Shown: positions 30,699-41,158, numbered from the stretch's first letter. The stretch: 64,000 nucleotides of DNA from a candidate division WOR-3 bacterium (GCA_965649265.1 CBFGKC010000002.1:142921-206920); one strand, 5' to 3'. Numbers and translations are program-made. The notes: generated by a model from the letters alone, not told the origin.

Positions 30699-31227
30699 TA
30701 TCTTAAACCTCCAAACGTAACTTTAGCTTTAACAAAATAAAAGTCAACCCGCAAGACCACTCGTAATGTACTCTTTAATATAAAGTACTTATTGTTGGCG
30801 AATAATTCTTCCATTGGCCAGAAGGAAGGAATAAAGAAATCGACTCTTTTTTGAACCGCTACTGCACGAACCACCCAGCAGATTTAAAATGGGTTGAAGA
30901 CTTTATTAATTTATACCTACTTGACATTATTTTTGCTTTTCCTAAACCTTCTTAGCCTGATCTCTGCCCGATCTTCAGTATAGATTCAACAATGGTTTAA
31001 AGAAGTTTGGGATTCTCCAAATCCAGGTTTAGTATTCCTCAAATTGATGTTTCCGTAGTGATTATCCATAGTGTTGAGGAAGGTTCAGTTCAGAATGAAA
31101 TTTGATCAATCCCGTAGCCTTCTCAAACTCAATACAACGCACCGGTCACTTGCGAACCATGTGGTTGTAGGTCTCCATCTCCCGCAAAAGAAAGATAACC
31201 TTCTCCTGGCGCACCAACCTTTAAGGA

Positions 31228-31256
31228 TTGACAAATGCCGTTTTATGGTGTAGAAT
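31228..31256 (+). promoter_or_regulatory. sigma70 promoter of rpsT
   Basis: TTGACA-17 bp-TAGAAT. Confidence 0.7.
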
Positions 31257-31281
31257 TAAAGTCCAATATAAAAGGAGAAGC

Positions 31282-31530
31282 ATGCCTGTTACGAAAAGTG
31301 TAGTCAAGAAGGTGCGCCAGGCCGAGAAACGGCGTGTCGCGAACCGCGGTAAAAAGACGAATTTGAAAACTGCAGTCGGCAAAGTTACGGCCGCAAAACC
31401 CAAGGAGCGCACCAAGCTCCTGCCTAAAACACAGTCGACCATAGACAAAGCCGCCAAGAAGGGAATCATTCATCCCAACAAGGCGTCAAGGGTGAAGTCA
31501 AGACTGGCGAAAGCGGCTAAGACGAAGTAA
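31282..31530 (+). CDS. rpsT: 30S ribosomal protein S20
   Basis: MPVTKSVVKKVRQ..IDKAAKKGIIHPNKASRVKSRL. Confidence 0.95.
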   Translation: MPVTKSVVKKVRQAEKRRVANRGKKTNLKTAVGKVTAAKPKERTKLLPKTQSTIDKAAKKGIIHPNKASRVKSRLAKAAKTK

Positions 31531-31571
31531 GTTTCCCCATCCATGTCCAGAAAGGCGGTGGGAGAAATACA

Positions 31572-31597
31572 TAGGCCGGGAATGAACTCCCGGCCTA
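31572..31597. terminator. Terminator hairpin between convergent genes
   Basis: TAGGCCGGGA-atgaac-TCCCGGCCTA. Confidence 0.7.
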
Positions 31598-31621
31598 CAA
31601 CTTTTGAGAGCGGAAATTTAC

Positions 31622-32167
31622 TTAGCCGTGATACTTGGGCCTGGCGAAAACCATTCTTCCCGCCGGCGTATTGACGACACCCTTGATGACAACCTCGAGG
31701 TACCGATTGATGTGATCGGCGCCCTCCTCGACGACCACCTTGACGCCGTTGGAGAAGTATCCTACGCCCTCGTCCTGGCCCTTGCCGCGCTTGACTATCC
31801 GGACGACAGTCTCGTCACCGGGCTTGAAGTGCGGAACGAAGAGTTCGAAAAGGGCGTCGATATCGACGACGCGGACCCCTTCCCTTCGCAGCTTCTCCGC
31901 ATTCAATTCTTTTGAGAGTTTGAACAAGACCGCCTTTTTGGCGCGTGCCAGGTTGAGTGCCCTGTCGCCCTGTTCGAGCCCCTGAACGAACTCGACCTTA
32001 ACCTCCTTGCATTTACGCAATCTCTCCACAGCCGACTTTGAATCGTCTCCCGCGGCTGGAAGTATCACCTTTCCTCTCAAGAGTTGAAGTTCGAAAAGCG
32101 AAATAACACGGCCGTCCACCAATGCCTCGCGTTCGATGATATAGTTCTCTTTCTTCAGAAAAAACAT
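31622..32167 (-). CDS. Short PIN/TRAM (YacL-like) protein without membrane domain
   Basis: TRAM 'GVGYFSNGVKVVVE..AGRMVFA'; follows radA. Confidence 0.75.
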   Translation of the reverse strand: MFFLKKENYIIEREALVDGRVISLFELQLLRGKVILPAAGDDSKSAVERLRKCKEVKVEFVQGLEQGDRALNLARAKKAVLFKLSKELNAEKLRREGVRVVDIDALFELFVPHFKPGDETVVRIVKRGKGQDEGVGYFSNGVKVVVEEGADHINRYLEVVIKGVVNTPAGRMVFARPKYHG

Positions 32168-32199
32168 CTGTCCTCCTTACGAAGTACGTAACGTAATAT

Positions 32200-33546
32200 C
32201 TATAGGTGTTCGATGGCTTCACGTATCGATCCCACTGGTATTGTTTGAATGCCTTCGATCTTTGCCGCATTGCGTTTCGGAATCATGGCACGTTTGAACC
32301 CGAGTCTTGAAGCCTCCTTGATACGCAATTCGGCCTGAGTCACCTGGCGAACCTCTCCACCCAGTCCGAGTTCACCGAATATGACCAGATCGTCCGGTAA
32401 TTTCCTGTCCTCAAGCGAACTCGCCACGGCAAGCGCCACGGCAAGGTCGCACGAGGGCTCATCAATAGTAATCCCGCCCACTACGTTGAGATAGGTGTCG
32501 AGGGCAAGCGCTGATACTCCTCCCCTGCGCGCAAGCACCGCAAGAAGCATAGCGAACCTGCGCTGGGGAAAGCCGGTCGTTACGCGCTGCGGCATCGGGA
32601 AAGGCGTGGGCGAAGTTAGCCCTTGTACCTCGACGAGTAGCGGCCTTGTTCCTTCCATTACGACTGTCACCGCCGCGCCCGTGGGCCGCTCGGAGTTATC
32701 GGAAAGAAAGATGAAGGAAGGGTTTGAGATATCTTCAAGCCCCTTGTCGGTCATCTTGAAAAGTCCAATCTCGTTGGTCGAGCCGAAACGATTCTTGACC
32801 GCTCGCAGAATTCTGTACTCGTGAAACTTCTCGCCCTCGAAATAGAGAACCGTATCAACTATGTGTTCGAGAGTCTTGGGGCCTGCGAGCGTGCCGAATT
32901 TGGTCACATGACCGATTATAACGACCGTTACGCCCTGCCCCTTCGCCATACGCTGGAAGCGTGCCGCCGCCTCGCGCACCTGCCCCACGCTGCCCTGCGC
33001 GCCCTCAAGAGAGGAGGTCGTCATCGTCTGGATGGAATCGACAACAACGAGCGCCGGATCAAGCTCCGCGACCACGCCCTCTATCGACTCGACTTCGGTC
33101 TCTGCCAGAAGGTTGAGGTCCGCAGCCTTAACGCCAAGCCTCTCCGCGCGCAGTTTGAGCTGCAAAAGCGACTCCTCGCCGGATACGTAAAGAACTCCGG
33201 CGCTTCCGCGGACGCTTGCGGAGAGCTCGAGGGCGAGCGTGGACTTGCCTATCCCGGGGTCCCCCCCCAGAAGGATGACTGAACCGGGCACTATGCCGCC
33301 GCCCAGAACCCTGTCGAGCTCGGGATGGCCGGAAAGAGCGCGGGTTGTTTCTTCAAGCTCCACGTCCTTCAGGAGAACAGGCTTTGCAGGCTGAGCGCCG
33401 GCACCCGATCTTCTTGATTTCGGCTTGGCGACCACGCGCTCCTCGACGAACGAATTCCACGCTCCGCAAGACGGGCATTGTCCGGTCCAGCGAGAGCTTT
33501 CGTAGCCGCAGTTCTGACAGACGAAGTTGGAGTCGCGTTTCTTCAA
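32200..33546 (-). CDS. radA: DNA repair protein RadA/Sms
   Basis: C4 zinc finger, GDPGIGKST, KNRFG. Confidence 0.97.
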   Translation of the reverse strand: MKKRDSNFVCQNCGYESSRWTGQCPSCGAWNSFVEERVVAKPKSRRSGAGAQPAKPVLLKDVELEETTRALSGHPELDRVLGGGIVPGSVILLGGDPGIGKSTLALELSASVRGSAGVLYVSGEESLLQLKLRAERLGVKAADLNLLAETEVESIEGVVAELDPALVVVDSIQTMTTSSLEGAQGSVGQVREAAARFQRMAKGQGVTVVIIGHVTKFGTLAGPKTLEHIVDTVLYFEGEKFHEYRILRAVKNRFGSTNEIGLFKMTDKGLEDISNPSFIFLSDNSERPTGAAVTVVMEGTRPLLVEVQGLTSPTPFPMPQRVTTGFPQRRFAMLLAVLARRGGVSALALDTYLNVVGGITIDEPSCDLAVALAVASSLEDRKLPDDLVIFGELGLGGEVRQVTQAELRIKEASRLGFKRAMIPKRNAAKIEGIQTIPVGSIREAIEHL

Positions 33547-34316
33547 AATACCTTTACGTTCAAATATCGCTCCGGGTGTTCCCGGATGTCTTTTAACAAG
33601 AGTTTAAGTTCGGCCGAGGACGTTTTGAGATTCTCGTAGACCGAGTCGTCCTCAACGAGTTTTCCCAGGGACCCCTCGCCGCGTTCGACCCTCGAAAGGA
33701 TGGAATCCAGATTCGCGGACGCTGCGGCAAGCTGGTCTATTGACTGGCCTATCTTATCCGTTCGCTCGGCAATCGGCTCTATGCTCTTCTTGGCCTCGCT
33801 GAAAAGGTCTCGTACCCCCTCCTCCACCGCCTCCTGAATCCCCTTGACCTCCAGCTGACCTAGAATATCCTCAATGCGCACGAGCGTTCGCTGTACATGT
33901 TCGAGTGAAAAATCGTCCAGGTAGAAGCCGTCGAAAACAAAATCCTTTCGGGATCGGGCGACCTTTTGAGACTGGCCGAGATCAACCTTGATGTATTTCT
34001 CGCCCGTGAAAAGCGAGCGGGAACGCATGGTCACCCTAGAATCAACGGGTATGTCAACGTCCTGCTCGATGTTCATGTAGACCACTATCTCGTTGCGCTT
34101 GATGTCTACCTTGGTCACCTTTCCCTTGATAACGCCGGCCACGTCGACTGGGTCGTTGATTCGCAGACCTCCGATGTCGGTGAAACGCGCCTTTACCTGG
34201 TAGGTCTTTCGCAGTGTCCAGTAGTCTTTCAGCCAGCTGATGCCGAACAAGAGCACAAGTAATCCAAAGAAAAGGAATACACCGGCTGCAACCTCGCGGC
34301 GGCGGCCTTCATTCAT
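33543..34316 (-). CDS. mlaD: MlaD/MCE-domain protein
   Basis: N-terminal TM, 'GGLRINDPVDVAGVIKGKV', 'GEKYI'. Confidence 0.88.
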   Translation of the reverse strand: MNEGRRREVAAGVFLFFGLLVLLFGISWLKDYWTLRKTYQVKARFTDIGGLRINDPVDVAGVIKGKVTKVDIKRNEIVVYMNIEQDVDIPVDSRVTMRSRSLFTGEKYIKVDLGQSQKVARSRKDFVFDGFYLDDFSLEHVQRTLVRIEDILGQLEVKGIQEAVEEGVRDLFSEAKKSIEPIAERTDKIGQSIDQLAAASANLDSILSRVERGEGSLGKLVEDDSVYENLKTSSAELKLLLKDIREHPERYLNVKVF

Positions 34317-35016
34317 AGAGTTCCTCCAATCGCGTCGTCCGCTTGGGACGACTGAGGGTGTAGTTCTTGAGAAAATATATATCCTGCCCCGCTCTGTGGG
34401 CAAGGCCCATGTCGTGTGTCACGATGAGCGAGGTAACGGAGAGCCGCTCGCTCAGCTCTATTATCAGATTGGTAATCCTTACTACCATCGCCGGATCGAG
34501 GCCGGTGGTGGGCTCATCGTAGAAGATGTAGGCAGGTTCCGCGGCTATAGCGCGGGCGACCGCCACGAGCTTCTTCATGCCGCCGGAGAGCTGCTCAGGG
34601 TACTTGCGGCGAACGTCGCGTTCGAGTCCGACGAGACCCAGCTTCTCGTCTATTATTCGGCTGCGCTCGTGCCACGGGATGTTCTTGCATTCCAGCGCAA
34701 GATCCATGTTATCCTCGACCGAGAGAGAGTCCAGAAGCGCCGACCCCTGAAAAACGTAGCCAATCCTGCGGCGCAGCGTTATGAGCCGCCTCTTGTAGCG
34801 TGGCTTTGACATGAGTCTCGTGGCGTCCGCCTCGTCGACGAAAACCTTACCTGTGTCCGGCGTCAGGAGTCCAAGTATGCACTTGAGAAACACGCTCTTG
34901 CCAGAACCCGACTTGCCCAGAATGAGGACCCTTCTCGCGTTACGCGCCTCGAAGTTCACGTCCTCGAGCACCTTTTGTGAACCGAAACTCTTTGAAAGAT
35001 TCGTGACCTTTATCAT
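34309..35016 (-). CDS. mlaF: MlaF-like ABC ATPase
   Basis: GKSGSGKS, LSGGM, YDEPTTGLDP. Confidence 0.9.
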   Translation of the reverse strand: MIKVTNLSKSFGSQKVLEDVNFEARNARRVLILGKSGSGKSVFLKCILGLLTPDTGKVFVDEADATRLMSKPRYKRRLITLRRRIGYVFQGSALLDSLSVEDNMDLALECKNIPWHERSRIIDEKLGLVGLERDVRRKYPEQLSGGMKKLVAVARAIAAEPAYIFYDEPTTGLDPAMVVRITNLIIELSERLSVTSLIVTHDMGLAHRAGQDIYFLKNYTLSRPKRTTRLEELYE

Positions 35017-35050
35017 GCAATCCCGCCTGTTGAAGAGAATCTGAAAATCA

Positions 35051-35782
35051 TCATCTGAACACCAGGAAAGCGACTATGAAGTCGATTATCATTATCATGG
35101 CCGCCGATGTCACGACGGAGAACGTCACCGATTCGCCCACGCCCTCGGCACCGAGCCCGGTCTCGAACCCGTAGTGAGCGGACACCGAACCCATGGTCAG
35201 CCCGAAAAGGATGGTCTTTAAAAGCCCGCCCAGGACGTCCTTGAGAACGACGAATCTGCGCAAGCCGAATATATAAGTTTCAGGGGGGATATTGAGTATT
35301 AGCTTGGCGGAAACGGTCGCGGCCACGAGACCGATGAGCTCGCAGTATACAACGAGAACGGGCACGACGATGATGCCCGCTATGATGATCGGCAGGCCCA
35401 GGTAGTGTTCGGCGTTGATGCCCATGGTCTCGAGCGCGTCTATCTGCTCGGTTACCTTCATGGTTCCTATGCGGGCGGTTATGTTCGAGCCGACGCGAGC
35501 GACCACGAGCAGAGATATGACCACTGGCGCGAGTTCGATGAGGAGCGTCCTGCCGCCCGTCGCGCCCAGATAGAAACGGGGAAGCTCGGCCTCAAGCTGG
35601 TAGGATGTCACGAGCGTGACCACCATGCCGATGAAGATGGCCGTGAACGAGGCGACGGGAAGCGATCGAAGTCCCAGGTAGTAAATCTGGTCGAGAATGA
35701 GCCTCGGGCGTTTGAGGACGTATCCCATGCCGCCGAAGGTCCTGATTACGAACAAAAGATAGCGACCAAGCTGGCGTATCAT
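35051..35782 (-). CDS. mlaE: MlaE-like permease
   Basis: ELAPV, GTMKVTEQIDAL, GAEGVG. Confidence 0.92.
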   Translation of the reverse strand: MIRQLGRYLLFVIRTFGGMGYVLKRPRLILDQIYYLGLRSLPVASFTAIFIGMVVTLVTSYQLEAELPRFYLGATGGRTLLIELAPVVISLLVVARVGSNITARIGTMKVTEQIDALETMGINAEHYLGLPIIIAGIIVVPVLVVYCELIGLVAATVSAKLILNIPPETYIFGLRRFVVLKDVLGGLLKTILFGLTMGSVSAHYGFETGLGAEGVGESVTFSVVTSAAMIMIIDFIVAFLVFR

Positions 35783-37215
35783 CCGAAATCAACCTCCTCT
35801 ACGTGGCTTTCATCTTCATGTCTGTCTTCCCGGTATGCAATGGCGTCTCCGAACTTCATCAGGTTCTTAACAAAGACCATTTCGACTTCTCCTGTTGGAC
35901 CGTTACGCTGTTTGGCAATTATGATATTGGTCAGGCTTCCCTTGTGTTTTTCGCCTTCCTCGTCTTCAAGGTCTTCGCCTTCGCTCTTTTTAGTGTCGTA
36001 AAAATCAGGACGGTGAATGAGAATCACGAGATCGGCGTCCTGCTCTATCGCGCCCGATTCCCTGAGGTCCGCGAGTTGGGGTTTCTTGTCTTCTCGCATC
36101 TCGGGTCTTCTGGACAGCTGGGACAAGGCTATGACCGGAGCGTTTATCTCCTTTGCAAGCGCTTTCAGGGACCTGCTGATCTCGGTTATTTCCTGCTGGC
36201 GGTTGCGCTGGCCGCTGAAGCCTCCAGATGCGTCGAGAAGTTGAAGGTAATCGACGACAACCATATCAAGCGGCGCCTCTGAGTGCGTCCTGCGCACCTT
36301 TGCCTTGAGTTCGAGTATGGAAATTGCTGATGAGTCGTCAATCAACATATTCATCTGCTGAATGTCGCCCATCTTCGTGGCAATCCTGCCGAGTTCATCC
36401 TGCCTGATGCGCCCCGTCCTGATCTTGGATAAACTTACCCTCGATTCCGAGCATATGATCCTCTCGACAACCATCTCCGTGGTCATTTCAAGACTCACTA
36501 TGGCCACCCTCGAACCCGCTCTCGCCGCGTTGCAGGCGATGTTGAGAGCCAGCGATGACTTTCCCATCGACGGCCTTCCTGCGATAATGACGAGTTCTCC
36601 GCGCTGGAACCCCGATGTCATCTGGTCAAGATCGTTGTAGCCTGTAGATATTCCGGTTACATGATGACCTGTAAGCTTCGCGCGATCTATGGCCCGCATC
36701 GCGGGAACGAGTAAATCCTTCAAGGGAACGAAACCGCCGCGGAGCTTGGATTCTTTTATCTCGAATATCTGGTTCTCCGCCTTGTCGAGCATGTCATCGA
36801 CAGGCACGGCGGAGTCGTAAGCCTCGTGGACGATTCCCGTGGCTATGTCTATGAGACGGCGCTGGACCCATTTAGAATAGACTATCTTCGCGTGCTCTTC
36901 GACGTGCGCGGGCGCGACCACGTTCTCGGTGAGGGAGGAGAGGTAGTCGAGCCCGCCCGCCTCGGCAAGCTTTTTTTGCCTCTTGAGTTCCTCGCTCAAG
37001 GTGACGAGGTCGGCGGTCTCGTTGCGCTCGAAGAGTGCCGAAAGCCCTTCGGCTATAGTGCGGTTCTTACGGTCGTAGAAACATTCGGCCTTGAGCGTCT
37101 GGAACGCCTTGAACAAGGCTTCCTGCGAGATTATCATCGCGGCAAGCACCGCAGCCTCCGCCTCCGATGCGTGTGGCGGAACCCGAAGTCCCTGGTAATC
37201 CCTTGCCTCAGGCAT
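35779..37215 (-). CDS. dnaB: Replicative DNA helicase
   Basis: GRPSMGKS, VDYLQL, SQLSR, LRESGAIEQDAD, KQRNGP; no intein. Confidence 0.97.
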   Translation of the reverse strand: MPEARDYQGLRVPPHASEAEAAVLAAMIISQEALFKAFQTLKAECFYDRKNRTIAEGLSALFERNETADLVTLSEELKRQKKLAEAGGLDYLSSLTENVVAPAHVEEHAKIVYSKWVQRRLIDIATGIVHEAYDSAVPVDDMLDKAENQIFEIKESKLRGGFVPLKDLLVPAMRAIDRAKLTGHHVTGISTGYNDLDQMTSGFQRGELVIIAGRPSMGKSSLALNIACNAARAGSRVAIVSLEMTTEMVVERIICSESRVSLSKIRTGRIRQDELGRIATKMGDIQQMNMLIDDSSAISILELKAKVRRTHSEAPLDMVVVDYLQLLDASGGFSGQRNRQQEITEISRSLKALAKEINAPVIALSQLSRRPEMREDKKPQLADLRESGAIEQDADLVILIHRPDFYDTKKSEGEDLEDEEGEKHKGSLTNIIIAKQRNGPTGEVEMVFVKNLMKFGDAIAYREDRHEDESHVEEVDFG

Positions 37216-38389
37216 TGCGCCCCTTTCTTTCAAGAAGCTCACGAGCGACCTCGACGATTCTTTCGGCGAGCGCGGCCTTTTCCGAAGGTTCGATTTCCAC
37301 TGCTTCATCGGATGGGAAAAGGATAACGGCCTGCGTCTTCTCTGAACCGATCGAGGAGGAGGGATTGGCGACTATAGCGTCGAGCTTCTTTGCCTCGAGC
37401 TTTTTGCTGGCGGAGGCGGCCCAGTCTGAGCCGGTCTCGACGGAGAACCCTATCTTGACGGCGGGGAAGCCTGCGAGTGAGGAGAGGATGTCCCGAGTCT
37501 TTTGGAGTTCAAGGGTGAGCGTGCGCTCCTTGAGTTTAGCTGAGGCTTGCTCCGCCGGTGCGTAGTCGGCGACTGCGGCGACCATCACGAGGATGTCGGC
37601 CGAAGGCATGAGGGAGGACAGCGACTCGAGCATCAAGGAGGAGGAGGGGGCGGACACGAGCCTGACCCCCTGGGGGGGAGGAACGCTGACTTCACCAGTA
37701 ACAAGGGTGACGTCAGCTCCTGCCCTTGCGAATGCGAGTGCGATTGCCGTACCCATGCGTCCGGAGGAACGGTTGGTAAGCACCCTGACGGGATCGACTG
37801 CCTCCTCGGTTCTTCCAGCGGTGACGATAACCTTTCTGCCTCGCAGGGCGGGGTCGGCGCGGACAATCCGTTCGGCCTCGAGGAGAATGAGGTCTATATC
37901 GGCAAGCCTGCCCTTACCCACTGATCCGCACGCGAGTTCGCCCTCCGCCGGTTCCACGAATCGCGCGCCCCTCGCTTTGAGCGTCGAGACGTTCTCCTCC
38001 GTGGCCGGATTCCTCCACATACCGTCGTTCATTGCAGGAGCAAACAGGAGTATTCCAGGGTCGGCGGCGAGAAGCAGGGACGAAAGCAGGTCATCGGCCA
38101 GACCGTGTGCTGCCTTGGCGATGATATTGGCAGTGGCCGGGGCAACGAGGACGAGTTTCGTTCTCTCAAGAAGCGAGATGTGCGCGAGCGACTGTCGGGG
38201 AGCCCAGAGGTCGTCGTACACGCCCCCGGATGTCAGGGATTCAAAAGTCACACGGCCGACAAATTTCTGCGCGGCCTGCGTCAGAACCACCGGCACGCTG
38301 AACCCGCGCTCCAATAGCCCCCTCAAAATGAACGGGGCCTTGTAAGCGGCTATCGAGCCTGTTACCGCAAGAAGGAGACGTTCTTTCAT
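37208..38389 (-). CDS. coaBC: Phosphopantothenoylcysteine decarboxylase/ligase
   Basis: GSIAAYK, PATAN, PAMN, NRSSGRMG, AAVAD. Confidence 0.95.
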   Translation of the reverse strand: MKERLLLAVTGSIAAYKAPFILRGLLERGFSVPVVLTQAAQKFVGRVTFESLTSGGVYDDLWAPRQSLAHISLLERTKLVLVAPATANIIAKAAHGLADDLLSSLLLAADPGILLFAPAMNDGMWRNPATEENVSTLKARGARFVEPAEGELACGSVGKGRLADIDLILLEAERIVRADPALRGRKVIVTAGRTEEAVDPVRVLTNRSSGRMGTAIALAFARAGADVTLVTGEVSVPPPQGVRLVSAPSSSLMLESLSSLMPSADILVMVAAVADYAPAEQASAKLKERTLTLELQKTRDILSSLAGFPAVKIGFSVETGSDWAASASKKLEAKKLDAIVANPSSSIGSEKTQAVILFPSDEAVEIEPSEKAALAERIVEVARELLERKGRNA

Positions 38390-38574
38390 TACTGGTTGTG
38401 GGTTTCTCCTCTCAGGGTGCGATCGAGACCCAACTGGTAGGGATTTTCGACCACATCAATTCTGCCTTCAACCATATCTTCAATCAACTGGCGCGTCTCA
38501 ACAGAGGCCTTGGCCAGATACCTGTATTTATTTATATAACGCTCCCATATCTTTTCCAGGGAAGAATCTATCAT
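38389..38574 (-). CDS. rpoZ: Probable RNA polymerase omega subunit
   Basis: 61 aa with an NKY motif, located between gmk and coaBC. Confidence 0.6.
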   Translation of the reverse strand: MIDSSLEKIWERYINKYRYLAKASVETRQLIEDMVEGRIDVVENPYQLGLDRTLRGETHNQ

Positions 38575-39179
38575 CGGTCCTCCATAAGTTTAATTTCTGT
38601 AAGCCTTGTTGAGCGTGAACGCTCGGCATCGAGTATGGCAGCCAGCCTCGCAGTGCTTTCGGCAAGCGTGTCGTTGACGACCACGTAATCGAACTCACAC
38701 GCTCTCTCTATTTCGGACCTTGCCTGGCCTAGCCTTGCCTCGATTATATCCTTCCCCTCCCGGCCTCTCGTGATAAGTCTGTGTCGCAGTTCCTCCATAG
38801 TCGGCGGAAGGAGAAAGACGGCAACGCTCTCCGGATACATGCTTTTTACATGAAGTGCGCCTTTTACGTCCAGATCCAGTATGACGTCATGCCCATCCTT
38901 GAGCTTTCCGCGAAGCTCGGAGTGCAGGGTGCCGTACCTTGCGCCGTACACATCCTCCCATTCCACGAACGCGCCCTGTGCGACGGACGATGTGAATTCT
39001 CCGTCGGTCATGAAGTAGTAATCCTGGCCTTCCACTTCCTTCGCGCGCTTCGGCCTCGTGGTGGCGGAAACGGAGTAGGAAAGGCACCCGTCATGCCTCA
39101 ACAATGCCCTGCAGAGCGTTGTTTTGCCGGTTCCCGAGGGCGCGGAGACGACGAAAAGGAAGCTCTTTCTACTCAACAT
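38571..39179 (-). CDS. gmk: Guanylate kinase
   Basis: APSGTGKTT, SATTR, YGT. Confidence 0.96.
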   Translation of the reverse strand: MLSRKSFLFVVSAPSGTGKTTLCRALLRHDGCLSYSVSATTRPKRAKEVEGQDYYFMTDGEFTSSVAQGAFVEWEDVYGARYGTLHSELRGKLKDGHDVILDLDVKGALHVKSMYPESVAVFLLPPTMEELRHRLITRGREGKDIIEARLGQARSEIERACEFDYVVVNDTLAESTARLAAILDAERSRSTRLTEIKLMEDR

Positions 39180-40041
39180 TCTGGACTTGTTCCCTCATCT
39201 TTTCGACTTCTTCCTTGATCGCGATGACGAAATGGGTTATCTCGGTATCGTTGGCCTTTGAGCCTATGGTGTTGGTCTCCTTCATCATCTCCTGTGCGGT
39301 GAAGTTGAGCCTGCGGCCGTTTGACTGCGGTTCGTTCAACGTCTCCCTGAAGAGCTTGAGATGGTTCTCGAGCCTCACGCACTCCTCGTGAATGTCGAAG
39401 CGCTCGGAGAAATAAAGTATCTCTTGCAGCAGACGGTTGCGATCGGCCTCAAGCTGCATGGCCTCGATGAGCTCTATAAGCTTGGCTTTCTTTTCCTTGA
39501 TACGACCGGGCACGCGCTTCTTGACCAGGGTGAGATTTTTGGAGATGGCTGCAAGGCGCTTGCGTAAATCTATCTCGAGATTACGACCCTCCGAACGTCT
39601 CATCTTCACGAGGTCGCGGAGTGCGCGCTCGACCAGACCTTCGACGTGGTTCCATACCACAGCCGGGTCGACGTCGCGCGGTTTCTCTTTTATGAGACCG
39701 GGAAGTCTTAAGAGAACCTCCGGCGTGAGATCGGAGGACATGGGCGCTTTCTTCTTGAGTTCCCTGAGAAGGCGAAGAAACTCGTCCAGAACCTTGTCGT
39801 CTATGGCAAGCCGCTTGCCGTTGGACTCTTCGACGTGGATGGCCACGTTGACGGACCCGCGGGCGACCTCGCGCTTGACCACCTGCTTTATGTTTTCCTC
39901 GAATGCCGCAAGCTGGTCGGGGAGCTTGACCGTCACGTCCAGATAACGGTGGTTCACGGAGCGAACCTCGACGGTCACCCGCAGCCCTTGCGGTTTGATA
40001 ATGGTTGTCGCTCTTCCCTGACCTGTCATGCTCGTAATCAT
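39169..40041 (-). CDS. yicC: YicC/YloC endoribonuclease
   Basis: SMTG, SVNHRYLD, NTIGSK, REQVQNVE. Confidence 0.95.
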   Translation of the reverse strand: MITSMTGQGRATTIIKPQGLRVTVEVRSVNHRYLDVTVKLPDQLAAFEENIKQVVKREVARGSVNVAIHVEESNGKRLAIDDKVLDEFLRLLRELKKKAPMSSDLTPEVLLRLPGLIKEKPRDVDPAVVWNHVEGLVERALRDLVKMRRSEGRNLEIDLRKRLAAISKNLTLVKKRVPGRIKEKKAKLIELIEAMQLEADRNRLLQEILYFSERFDIHEECVRLENHLKLFRETLNEPQSNGRRLNFTAQEMMKETNTIGSKANDTEITHFVIAIKEEVEKMREQVQNVE

Positions 40042-40484
40042 TTACTGGCTCCTTCCAGAACGAACGTTACCGGGCCGTCGTTGATTAATTCCACGTGCAT
40101 GTGCGCGCCGAAAACACCTTCTTTCACGTCCACCCCCTGACCGCGCAAGGCGGAAATAAAACCTTTAAACATTTCCTGTGCCCTATCGGCAGGCATTGCG
40201 GAATCGAATGAGGGCCGCAGGCCTCTCGAGAGATCTGCGGCAAGCGTGAACTGCGACACGGCGAGTACCTGGCCGCCTATGTCGACAAGCGAGAGGTTCA
40301 TCTTTCCCCCGTCATCTTCAAAGAATCTCAACCGCGGAAGCCTTTCAGCGAGAGCGATGAGGTCGGCCTCCGAGTCGCCCTTTTCTATACCCACTAGGAT
40401 CAGAAGTCCACGATCTATTGCCGAAACCTCCTTATCGTCAACTGCGACCGAGGCATTGAGCACGCGCTGAACCACCACTTTCAA
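40038..40484 (-). CDS. dtd: D-aminoacyl-tRNA deacylase
   Basis: VVQRV, SQFTL, NDGPVT. Confidence 0.96.
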   Translation of the reverse strand: MKVVVQRVLNASVAVDDKEVSAIDRGLLILVGIEKGDSEADLIALAERLPRLRFFEDDGGKMNLSLVDIGGQVLAVSQFTLAADLSRGLRPSFDSAMPADRAQEMFKGFISALRGQGVDVKEGVFGAHMHVELINDGPVTFVLEGASK

Positions 40485-41137
40485 TCCGTCTGCTCCGCAA
40501 GAAGCTTTACGAGCGCTTCCCCGAAGACCTCAGCGGCCTGGGGGCCGGGGGCGGTAATTATTTTGCCGGAGACGACGACGTCTCTGGTGACGTACTTCGC
40601 ACCGCCCTTTTCGAGTTCGCCACTTGCGGATTCGAAGCAAGTGGCTTCGAGTCCCGCAAGCACGCCCGCGCGGGCGAGCACGCCGGGCGCAAGACAGATG
40701 GCTCCGACTACCTTTTTGGATTCCACAAATTCCTTCACGAGACGGATAAGGGTCGTGTCATCCCAGAGAGCGGTCGCACCAGAACCGCCGACAATGACCA
40801 ACGCGGAATAGTCGGCGGATTTGACGAGGGGGAGGGGGAGATCGGGTTTGACTTTTGCGCCGAGCATTCCTCTGGCCTCGGAAGTGTCCTGGGACGCAAC
40901 GATCGCCTTGTATCCCTTCTCTTCGAGGATGCGCCTGGGAACCTCCAGTTCCTCGTCGCGGAAATTTTTTGGAGCGATAACGAAAAGAATTTTACTCATA
41001 TGCGACTCCGATTGTTTAGTGACCACTCCGTTCGACTCTTGCGCTCTTCCGCATCCTGCAAGGGGAGGGAGAAGGGCGAGAAGGGTTAGGAGGGCCGGGG
41101 CAAACGTGACCAAGGCTATCGCAAAACGCCTTGTCAA
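40481..41137 (-). CDS. DJ-1/PfpI family protein with possible lipoprotein leader (alternative start 40999)
   Basis: FRDEE, VGGSG, AICLAP; N-terminal hydrophobic stretch ending LAGC. Confidence 0.88.
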   Translation of the reverse strand: MTRRFAIALVTFAPALLTLLALLPPLAGCGRAQESNGVVTKQSESHMSKILFVIAPKNFRDEELEVPRRILEEKGYKAIVASQDTSEARGMLGAKVKPDLPLPLVKSADYSALVIVGGSGATALWDDTTLIRLVKEFVESKKVVGAICLAPGVLARAGVLAGLEATCFESASGELEKGGAKYVTRDVVVSGKIITAPGPQAAEVFGEALVKLLAEQTD

Positions 41138-41158
41138 TCTACTCTCCTTATAAAAGCT

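Noticed and set aside
35779-37308. Intein or N-terminal extension in DnaB (and long starts for folP, mlaD, porA, porB)
   Set aside because: DnaB length is normal with contiguous motifs; the longer starts overlap upstream genes, so downstream ATGs were chosen.
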